Source: Macrostomum lignano (Eukaryota). Taken from it: 64,000 bases of DNA. Shown here piece after piece: positions 12,301-64,000 of the stretch (the first letter of the stretch is position 1; every line of letters starts with the position of its first letter). A program made the position numbers and the translations under genes. The DNA lies in assembly GCA_002269645.1 (NCBI GenBank), contig NIVC01001668.1:62001-126000 (forward strand). The letters run 5' to 3'. Below the pieces are notes generated by a model, which saw nothing but the letters and a program-made list of their open reading frames with translations, was not told where the DNA came from and searched no databases.

Positions 12301-12704
12301 TGACCTGACCAAGACCAAGAGCATGCATTTCATAGCTTTTTTGCCATACACGTCACATTCCGTGAGCCATGAAGCGATGGAGCGATGCTCAAGAAGCGAC
12401 TGATCATTAAAGCAGGCAATATTCCGATTGTTCATTATAGTAATGGCTTTTAGAATTTAATATTCAAGCTAAAAAAGTTTCCCCCTCTCCCATCTCTCTC
12501 TCTCATAAAAAATTGCTGTCCAACAATCCCATCACAGCCTGTGCATGGGGCATTTGAAAGGAATGATCACATGTTACCAATGGCTACAAATCAATAAGAC
12601 AGATCCTTCTCTAGCCCCATTAAAGAAGGAGGCATGCGTGGGACGGCCATCATCAGTCCAACATACTGTCCGACACAGCAGCCGACTAAAAGCAATTATT
12701 AAAA

Positions 12705-13637
12705 ATGCCCAATGCGAGGGCACTCAGCGTCACCTTGCTGGTGGTGCTGCTGCTTCATGTCTTCGTCAAGTCGACCGAGGCCTCGAATTCGCCAAGATAC
12801 GAAAGTGTGAAGCAAATTTTTCCGAACAATATCGAGTTGACAAAGGCCAACTTTGAGCAGCTGCTCACTTATACGGCGGACGCAGTGAACTGCATGCTGA
12901 CTGCGCTGGTTCAAACTGTCCAGGTGCCAGAAATTGTCAAGCTGGACACCGGCTTGCGCACCTGTCAGCGGCTCGGCCAGCCGCTCTACGCTAATTATTC
13001 GTCCGGTGAAGTACAGGTGAAGTACTTCGCCAGCTCGCGACTCGGACAGCCCAGACTCGTTCTGTTCTCCATCAAGGCCGGCTCGGGAGTGTCTGCGAGG
13101 TCGTTTTACTCGACCCCCTCAGCTGACTGCGGCGACGGAGGCTTCCTAGTGCTGTGGCCGGGCGCCGCGCCACAGATCGCCAGCTACCGATCGTGCTGGA
13201 TCGACCGGCTGTCGCAGACGACGCAGCTCGCCGACCTGATGCCGCGCCGACAGCTGATCGTTGAGCTGATGTCCTCGTCCGGAGCCGCGCTGCTCAGGAT
13301 TGTGTTCGACGCCAACTTGGATCCTTGGTTCAGCAAGGATGCGATTGTTAGCAGCGAGCCCGATTTAAATCTGAAATCTCGAACGTACAATTACTTCTCT
13401 ATTTCTGGCTTTGAAGTTCCTGACCACAACATAGACAGGAACTTTTACATCAGCACGCTGCACAGTGGCTGCGACCACGACACTGGCCTACTGGCGGTCA
13501 TCGGGACTGAGGATGATCCTTGCACATGGGGCCACTCCAGCCCCCAGGCCAAGCCGGTGCTGATTTACAATCTAGAATTGGGCGATTGGCGAACTAACGT
13601 CCGGACAGCTGACTTCTTTGTGATCTACATTTCCTGA
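12705..13637 (+). CDS. Intronless uncharacterised secreted protein (310 aa)
   Basis: Signal peptide MPNARALSVTLLVVLLLHVFVKSTEA. The C-terminal domain (LVLFSIKAGSG...WFSKDAIVSS..DL...YFSISG..RNFYIS..HSGCDHDTGLL...PCTW...ADFFVIY) resembles an unnamed domain recalled from mollusc and other invertebrate proteins. Confidence 0.75.
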   Translation: MPNARALSVTLLVVLLLHVFVKSTEASNSPRYESVKQIFPNNIELTKANFEQLLTYTADAVNCMLTALVQTVQVPEIVKLDTGLRTCQRLGQPLYANYSSGEVQVKYFASSRLGQPRLVLFSIKAGSGVSARSFYSTPSADCGDGGFLVLWPGAAPQIASYRSCWIDRLSQTTQLADLMPRRQLIVELMSSSGAALLRIVFDANLDPWFSKDAIVSSEPDLNLKSRTYNYFSISGFEVPDHNIDRNFYISTLHSGCDHDTGLLAVIGTEDDPCTWGHSSPQAKPVLIYNLELGDWRTNVRTADFFVIYIS

Positions 13638-14775
13638 TCTCGCGGCAACGGCCAAGAACGTCTAAGCTGAACTAGAAAGGTGCGGCTTCTATATGACACG
13701 ACCTTTAATACTTTCGATCGACAGCCAAAAATACGACCGGATGGTTTTCAACTCTCTCACTCTGTTTAATTTTTTATTATGAGTATGCAAATCTAACATC
13801 TTTGGGGTGATTTTCATTTAAAATATAGCCAATCTCAGTAGATCCGTCTGATTCCTATGTAACTTACCTTGTTTATAATATTTTGCCTATTATCTTATAG
13901 ACTTGTTAATCCGATCTTGCTCGTATTTTTTAAGATCTTTGATTTGCAAAAAAATTAAGGTGTCCTAATTAATCATTTTTATGCTGTTAGCTTGACTATT
14001 TGACATCTATAAATTTCCAACTTTCTAAACACACCTGCCTTCACTGAGCACAAACATGAATCATGGGGCAGTAAAAGTTTTTTGCTTTGATTTTAAATCT
14101 AGCTATTTGATGACCATCCGATACTGTCTAATACAATATACCGTCCGTATCTAAAAACTCAAACTTTTGAACAAGTTTCTTTGTGTTTTTTCAACATTTG
14201 TATTTTTACAATAGTACATGTAACGCCCCTCCCCATGCATGTTCAACTGCAAGGACAACTTAATATTTGATATACTTATAGGAAACACATTTACTTCATT
14301 TAAGTAAAAACACACCTGAAATGGCCAATTTTTATTTTCCGACCTAGAAAGACAAAAACTTGACTTCAAACGTGAATAATTTCCGTTTTATCGGTTAGTC
14401 CTCGATCCCGGATTGCTAAACAAAATGATTAAAACGTGTTTTAACAAAATTTAACCGCAGTGCTCTCTTTTTACATACTTAAACATTGTTTTAATGAGTA
14501 AATACTTATTTAATACGTTTTTGTCAACATAGTTTATTATATATAGTAAGACTTTATGGCCTCTTAAAAAGAGTCAATGGTAGTTTTAACTTTAAAATAT
14601 TTCTTAATTTTTTAAAAGATTTCTGACTGACTGCGCTTCAATTGAAACGCATGCGCCTTAGGTTCGCGCATCTAGTGTAAAACTGTATCTAAAACTTGTA
14701 ACGGTTAACGGGTTTATGGTAAAGCATCTAGTATGATTGTTTTCATTCTGAGATAAGTTCGTGCATTTCATCATT

Positions 14776-16933
<2,158 letters not shown>

Positions 16934-17014
16934 CAGTTTGAGAACTCAGTCATGACGCGTTCCTCACTTGTCTGTATTTATAGGTACATTCGAGCTTATT
17001 AGTTTTTTTTACCT

Positions 17015-17325
17015 AAAGACGGGGGCGGCTGCGTGCACCCTGGTGCACTTTAAGCGCCATTGTCACACAACCGGTTGCCCATTCCGCCGACTCCCCTGAG
17101 CAGGCACACAAGCGCGCGGATACGTACGCAGTCATACGCACAGGCACACACTCACACAGGAGTGTACAGCGGCCCTAACTTTATTTATCGTTAGGCATGT
17201 ACACTTCACTGTGCTAATTGCACGAGCAGAGCCAAGCCGAGATTCCAATTCAGCCCCAAATTAATGTGACTGCACTTGGAATCGAGCCTGGGCCGCTGGC
17301 ACATCAGAGCGCTGCGCTGGACCAG
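17015..17325 (-). mobile_element. SINE family A, near full length
   Basis: Aligns to 34388-34752; T-rich tail on the left. Confidence 0.85.
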
Positions 17326-18011
17326 AGACGATGAAAACAACATTATTTATTTGCATATTAATTTTCAACACCTGCTTGTCTACGCACTTGTTGCTGTGAT
17401 AACTTTTGACGACTCTACCGATGGGGAACTGCAGCTGTTTACACTCTTTTTAAATTGTTTGGATATAGACTACTAAAATGCTTGATTTCTTTTATACATC
17501 GAAGATGCTGTCTACTGCGTTTTTTTGTGATATTTTCTATCGATCACATTTAATCACACAGTGTATCACAGCTTAATAACTAGCACTGTTTTCTTTAGTC
17601 GTTTCTTCACTGTGATATATGTATTTGAATAAGAAGGACAAATTAATGTCTAATAGACACACCTGTTTGCACCTTCAGCTCCTGATGCCACTCTGCGATC
17701 TACCTTTGTGTGTTTCCACCTTTGTTTCACTTTCCATCAGATGTATAGCACTCTATTATGACTAAAAGTCTTTAATTGCAGTGTAAAATCTGTCTATTTT
17801 CATTGCTATATTGTGCCTCTGTGTGTCCGTCCGTTGCGTGTGACGTTTTTCTTTGATCAAAATAGAGCCGCATTCTATCAGAAATTTGCAGTAAAATCTA
17901 AAATCTAAAAACAAATACAAATTGTGATTAATACACTGGACCATCATCAAATGGTTTTCTGGGAGTACTGTACCTAAAACTCATTATTTAATGCGATTAC
18001 TAACATATATA

Positions 18012-18853
18012 TACGAGGGATGTCCGGATAAGTTCTGACACTTTTAAATCCCAGAGCAAAACCAGTAGCAGCTGCAAGCGCAACTTTGGTGTCATTTTAA
18101 AGCGGCACATCTCTTCTGGTGTTTTGATGTATGACTACAATTCGTTTCTTTGAGGACGAAAAATCGCTTTAAATATATTTTTAAACTTTTATAATAAGAC
18201 TATCAGTGGCATTGCGATGATTTTTTCACACATAAATTTTGAATGAAATGACCAAAATACACGCGACTGAATTCATTAGGCCGTATGCAGAAAGCTTAGT
18301 CCAGACTGGCTAGTCCGGACCTGGGTAGTTCAGTCTAGAGTCTATGGTCTAGCTATCCTAGATAAATAACCTAAATAACCGCCAATTAAAAAGTAATTAA
18401 ACATGTCTTCGTGAAAAAAGCAAAAACATGTGTTGGTCTAGAGTTAAACATGCTGTTATTCCTCAAATATAGATGCCACATAATGTTTTTGTTATTATCG
18501 CATCCAAAATTTGAGTGAATAAATAACACCTTTACAAAACAAACGGCCGTATGCAGAAAGCTTATAGTCCAGACTAGCTAGTCCGGACTTGGGTAGTTCA
18601 GTCTATAGTCTATGGTCTATAGCTACCTTAGTTCTGTCTATAGTAGACCGGTCTAACTTTGTGTTTCTGCATACCAAATCCAAGTCCAGACTAGCTTTTC
18701 AAGACCGGACTACCCTAGACAGAGCTTTCTGCATACGGCCCATTGGAAAGAAGAGATGTGCCGCTTTTAAAGTGACACCAAAGTTGCGCTTGCAGCTCCG
18801 ACTGTTTTTGCTCTGGGATTAAAAGTGTCAGAACTTTCCGGACACCCCTCGTA
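18012..18853. mobile_element. Tc1/mariner-type non-autonomous element (TA..TA, about 105-bp TIR)
   Basis: TACGAGGGATGTCCGGATAAG..GCGGCACATCTCTTC at the left and its reverse complement GAAGAGATGTGCCGC..CCGGACACCCCTCGTA at the right. Confidence 0.9.
18545..18740. mobile_element. Nested small MITE with GGCCGTATGCAGAAAGCT TIRs; a partial second copy lies at 18279-18360
   Basis: Left end GGCCGTATGCAGAAAGCT, right end AGCTTTCTGCATACGGCC. Confidence 0.75.
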
Positions 18854-19508
18854 GCTTAAGCTTGTTCTGTGAAAGTTGAGAAAACTTGCATTCAACAGCG
18901 GCTGTTTGTCTATGGACAAAACTCATGTTTAGCAGCAGAATTTGAGAAAAAGCAATAGCATGCGAATAGGGCAGCGGAATTCGATGCCAGAATTGCATCG
19001 GCATTCAAGCAGCGAGAGGTAGGTAGCTCCGCTTGTATAAGTAGACAATCCCGTCTTTTGCTAATCTTCATTATAGTTCTTTCAAATTTCAAACGCTCAA
19101 ATTTGAATATAATTAACCTCTTAGTTTCTAGACTAAGGTGTAATAACTTCAGAGTACCTCGAAATTTTTGAGACACGCGGTGTATTGCTAAAACTCAAAC
19201 TCCCCTATTTTGCTTGGCTTATAGAAAAATCTGAAATTAATAAAAATGGACAGAAAACTACTAGTACAATAGTCACCCACTGTCTGTCAACAAAATATTC
19301 ACAGAACTGTCGATTTAGACCTTGTCAGAAAAGGCAGGAGTTGCTGAGAGACAAAACGAAAAAGCTCTTATCGATCGTCTTCTGCGGTTTACAGCGATAA
19401 AAAAGAGTCGCACTCGGAACGCTCAGGTATTGAAAATCTCAAGCAAGGCGTTTTGAGTGACCAAAGAACACGCCAGAGTAACAGAAACCTCCCGTTAGGA
19501 GACACGGC

Positions 19509-19976
19509 ATGGCTAGCAGAAAGGTCCTACTACCAGTTGATGGTAGCCAGCATAGCGACCGGGCACTGGACTGGTACAACCAGCACCTGCGGCGGCCAGA
19601 CGATCACGTGATCTTCCTCATGGTGGCCGAGCCGCCGCCGATGCTGCGAAGCGCCGGGGTGCCCATGGAGGAGGCGACCAGAGCCTACGGGGACTCGATG
19701 AGCCAGGCGGTGAAGGCTGGTCGCGAGCTCGCGGATCGGATGCAGCGCCACTGCACGGCCATCAAACTAGAGGTGGCGGGAGTTCGATTTCTGGAGCGCC
19801 TGGCCACCAACGCCGGAGAAGCCATCGTCCAGGTAGCCGACGAGGAGTCCATCGACCTCATCATTGTTGGCAATCGTGGCCTAGGCACGGTGCGCCGCAC
19901 TTTTTTGGGTAGCGTCTCGGACTACGTGCTGCACCACGCGCGTCGGCCCGTGGCGGTGGTGCCTCCGGCGAAGTGA
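19509..19976 (+). CDS. Universal stress protein (UspA family), intronless
   Basis: RKVLLPVDGSQHSDRALDW and DLIIVGNRGLGTVRRTFLGSVSDYVLHHA..PVAVVP. Confidence 0.95.
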   Translation: MASRKVLLPVDGSQHSDRALDWYNQHLRRPDDHVIFLMVAEPPPMLRSAGVPMEEATRAYGDSMSQAVKAGRELADRMQRHCTAIKLEVAGVRFLERLATNAGEAIVQVADEESIDLIIVGNRGLGTVRRTFLGSVSDYVLHHARRPVAVVPPAK

Positions 19977-20540
19977 CCTTCAATTGACCTCAAAACTGAC
20001 CATTTGGAAACTGTTAGAAAGAACGGTTTCGACGTAAACTGATTTAGGAAATTTGCTATCTACCTAACTACGCCGAACAGCAATGCGCAAATACATTTTT
20101 GTTCATTAATGTATAGTATGGGTCATTGAACAATTGAAGTAAAAAATAAGTTACACTAGAAAGCCTCTTCACCGAAGGCCCGTTTTCGCTGCAAAATGCA
20201 TCAACCAACAAGACAGGAATTAGTTCTCAGGTTTTTTAGCCCTTATTTTCTGAAATTGATTACATACCGACAGACAGATAGCTATATACGGACAAACCAT
20301 TTTTAGTATATGGACTAGCAATTATCCAGTGCCCCCCTTCGGGGCGGCCACTAAGCAAGGGACGAAAATTATGTACGTGAATCCTTAAAATGAAAGCACA
20401 TTATCTTAAAAACATTCATTCTTACGCTCCTAATCACCATAAATCACCTTTTTCGAGTAAAATTATCAGGGACTAAAACTTAGGGAGGCAACAGAGAAAA
20501 TAATATTTTTTTTGAATAATCTACATGTAGCTTCTGACCT

Positions 20541-20680
20541 CTAAGCCTTGACATCTCAGCAAGTCCCCCGTAAGCCTCGACATCTCAGCAATCCCCCGTA
20601 AGCCTGGACATCTCAGAAATTCCCCAGTAAGCCTTGACATCTCAACAATTCCCCAAAAGCCTTGATATCGCAGCAATTCT
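20541..20680. repeat. Roughly 27-bp degenerate tandem repeat (TAAGCCTTGACATCTCAGCAATTCCCC)
   Basis: About 5 direct copies. Confidence 0.75.
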
Positions 20681-21384
20681 CCGCATACAGTGAAATGGAT
20701 CTAGTTTACGCTCGTAGACATTGACAAATCTCGGTCGTTAAAACTTCAACTAGAAACAAACACCTAAATAAAAAGATACTACTATGATGGTTTGCATACT
20801 TTACATTCTTCTGTATTTTCTGCAACTCTGTACATGCATGTCATTTTTCAAGTTTATCGTTCTTCCATTTTACTTGTCCAAGATTCTTACACGAAGTCGG
20901 TAGATTTCAGCCGAATGTGACACTGCCTAAAAATCAAAATAAACAGTACAAAAATACATTTGGATAATTTTCTGTAAGGTTTGACAATATAATCGAATAA
21001 GTCATGCACTTGCCAGCAATATTGATTGTGTGTACTTTGCAGATTTGAAAATTGCGCAAACACAAGAGACACACAAAAAAGAAAGAGGTGAGACAGTGAG
21101 AAGTAATGGGGAAAGTGAAATACAGGCAAAAGCGACAGATCCTTACAATTAGAAGGGATTCGGCCCTGCTAAACACAAAAACTTATAGAACGTCGTCCCA
21201 ATAGGCAAGTATTGAGTGATTAGCTATATTAATAAGCGGAAGTTGAGCTTGGTCCGGGCATATAACTAAAAGCAAGTTAAAAACGTACTATAGCTATACC
21301 TTAAGAGACTCTACTCCTTTTAAAAAAGTTAGTCTTTTAAAGAACCAATTTACCTTCAAGTTATCTTCCCATAAGCCTATTCAA

Positions 21385-21845
21385 GGGACCTTAAACGCTT
21401 AGGCCTCTAAGGGTTACCTTGAACCCTTAGGCCTCCAAGTGACCTTGAATGCTTAGGCCTCCAAGTGACTTTGAACGCTTAGGCCTCCAAGTGACCTTGA
21501 ACGCTTAGGCCTCCAAGTGACCTTGAACGCTTAGGCCTCCAAGTGACCTTGAACGCTTAGGCCTCCAAGTGACCTTGAACGCTTAGGCCTCCAAGTGACC
21601 TTGAACGCTTAGGCCTCCAAGTGACCTTGAACGCTTAGGCCTCCAAGGGTACCTTGAAAGCTTAGGCCTCCAAGTGACCTTGAACGCTTAGGCCTCCAAG
21701 GGTACCTTGAAAGCTTAGGCCTCCAAGTGACCTTGAACGCTTAGGCCTCCAAGGGTACCTTGAAAGCTTAGGCCTTCAAGTGACCTTTAAAGTTTTTAAC
21801 CCTAGAAGTGACCTTGACCGTTTTTAGCTTTCAAGTGACCTTATG
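21385..21845. repeat. 26-bp minisatellite (GTGACCTTGAACGCTTAGGCCTCCAA)
   Basis: Direct tandem copies with decaying flanks. Confidence 0.95.
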
Positions 21846-23553
21846 TACCCAAATAGTGTCTAATAATAACCTAAGTAAGCCTGACATGCCGTAGCGTTAA
21901 TTCCCTAAGCAGAGCCAAGCAAGCGCATGTTCAACCAAAGCTGTCGGGTATTCTGTACATTAACAAATTTATCTAGAGTTCCGCAATGCCTATCAGAGTA
22001 TAATAGCAGGTTATAATAGCAGCAAATCTGTTGGCGCGAGTCAATTTTGGCAATGACATTCAGTTCAGTGCGCTCAGTTCGTTCTGTCAATCGAGAACCA
22101 AAAAGGACATTCCAGCTTATTACTTACGAGCATTAATTGTAACAAACTATAATGCAATGAGGGCTAGGCGCACATAGAGATAGAAGGATAGAAACCCACC
22201 AAATCACAACTAACAGAACAATGGGAGGATTAAGATGACTCGGCGTCAATAATCGAATTTGGATCGGGTCAATTTTTTCAACGGCTAAAGAAAGCAAATC
22301 AACAAACACGGTAGGCAGACAAAAAAGGATCTAAAAAAATAGGTTGAAGCGCACAGCGCGCCACCCCAGACTCGCGAACGGACTGAGACAAGATGCGCGG
22401 TGATTAAAACTAAACAAAAATTAATTGGACCAGCTAGTGGCGAGGTTAACATCTCGGGACTGTAGGCTTTCAATGAGTAATACTTACAGCAAGAGTGGAC
22501 AAGCAGGGGTGCAGCTCCCAGTTCGTCTTAGCGTTCCGTCTGGCACCAACTAGCACCACTTGTATTTTGGTGTCAGCACAATATCTACGAATTTTGCGCG
22601 GGTGTAGAAAAAAATACTTGTCAGATAGAGGCCCACTACTCAGAGTAGAAAGGCCAACATATTGCGCACAAAAATGTCACAGGCAACAAATGAATAATTG
22701 GAGAACTCTGTCAGCAAACGTGGGGGCAAAGCTTAAACGCAGAAAGGTAGAAAATTTCGGGTCTACAGGTGAATTGGTTTGTAATCGGTACATTGAAAGC
22801 GAATTCACATGCGCAGGGCTGTTGGCAGCACAGCCTGACTTGGAGAAAATTCCTTAGCTAATCTTGCTGCCCTTTCAGACTGTTCCAAACTGGATAGGAC
22901 ATTCAGCTCATCAAATCTCTGTAACGATTTCACCTACGGCGCTGCTGCCACCACCAGCTTCTGATACAATTTTTATTGCTTAATTTCATACGGGGGCATA
23001 CGAGTACACAATCTTTCTCGGCGCCGCTCCGCCGCTCCCGCCCCTGCCGCCACTGCCGCCGACGCCGCCTTCGCCACGGCCAGCAAACCTGGCGCCGATC
23101 TTCTGCAGTCTGAAGGCCTGGCACCGACTGTAGAAGGCGGCGCCTCCGCCGCCGCTGCCGCTCAAAGGATTCGCGCCGCCGTCGACGCTGTCCGGACTTC
23201 GGTGGCACCAGTAAAAATCCTCGTAGTCCATAGTGCTCGAACTCGCGACCTCTTCTTCTTCCTCATCGTCTTCTTCTCCGTCAGCTTCGTCGATTTGCTC
23301 TTCGGCCTCTTCTGCAATTGCCTCTTCTTCTTCTTCTTCCTCTTGTTGGATGACGCTTGTCTCGGGGTTTTCGAATCCGCCATCGTCTGTCAAATCTTTG
23401 ATGCGCAGAGACATTTTTGTGTGAATTTTCAAATCTTAACCTGAGAAGTAGATAACTGACGACTTGAAAGCTTGCTTACCTGTAGTTTTTGTATTGCCCT
23501 GATGGATTATCGGCTGCTGGATCGGCTGACAATATCTCTGTCAAATAAAAAGA

Positions 23554-23770
23554 GGGGTTGTAGCCTAGTGGTTGGAGAGTCGGACTCGCCTTGTCGGAAA
23601 GAAAGGTCGGGGGTTCGATTCTCAACCGACTTGGAACAGTTTGTGTCCTTGAGCAAGACAACTTAACTCTAACATTGCTGCAGTTCACCCAGCTGGGGTA
23701 ATTGAGGGTGTGTGTGTGTGTGTGTGTGTGTGTGGCGACCCCCCAGTCCTTGGACTGAGCAGCCAATAGC
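23554..23770 (+). mobile_element. tRNA-derived SINE family B (CORE-like central domain)
   Basis: A box TAGCCTAGTGG, B box GGTTCGATTCT, then GTGTCCTTGAGCAAGACAACTTAACTCT..GCAGTTCACCCAGCT; second copy at 55020. Confidence 0.8.
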
Positions 23771-23860
23771 CAATAGCGGTGGCCACTTGCAGCACTTGCA
23801 AAGTGTAATGTCCTGATACAACGGCAACTTATGGTGATATTTGAGCTGTAATTCACTCAC

Positions 23861-64000
<40,140 letters not shown>

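Noticed and set aside
12540-12660. Non-LTR RT fragment (..SSPIKEGGMRG..)
   Set aside because: Only a few residues resemble the LINE motif, and the frame has stops.
19509-19976. Bacterial horizontal transfer of the intronless genes (USP, SLC22, secreted protein)
   Set aside because: USPs are native and expanded in many invertebrates, composition matches host exons, and there are no operon or Shine-Dalgarno features; a phylogeny would be needed.

Overview
Eukaryotic (metazoan) genomic DNA with GT-AG introns, GC-rich exons and abundant simple repeats; the style suggests a free-living flatworm such as Macrostomum (inference only). From about 23.9 kb to the window end, the minus strand carries a multi-exon L-type Cav1 calcium channel alpha1 gene. 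Its exons join in phase from the domain I pore loop to the C-terminus, with an EEEE selectivity filter and an IQ motif. It has two pairs of mutually exclusive duplicated exons (IIIS2-S3; IV pore-exit/IVS6) and a divergent beta-subunit-binding AID. One 7.3-kb intron hosts three nested genes: a miniature Crumbs, PYROXD2 and a secreted CX3C peptide precursor. Other introns hold an intact-looking Chapaev (RAG1/Transib-like) DNA transposon, a foldback mariner, tRNA-derived SINEs, and two tandem minimal type I hammerhead ribozymes, each followed by a (CT)n tract (a Penelope-like or retrozyme-like unit). The left 23 kb contains the 3' end of rdgB/PITPNM, a carotenoid oxygenase with an apparent signal peptide, an SLC22-like transporter, an unnamed secreted protein, FoxJ2/3, a universal stress protein, MITEs and satellites. 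All exon coordinates and translations were read by hand.
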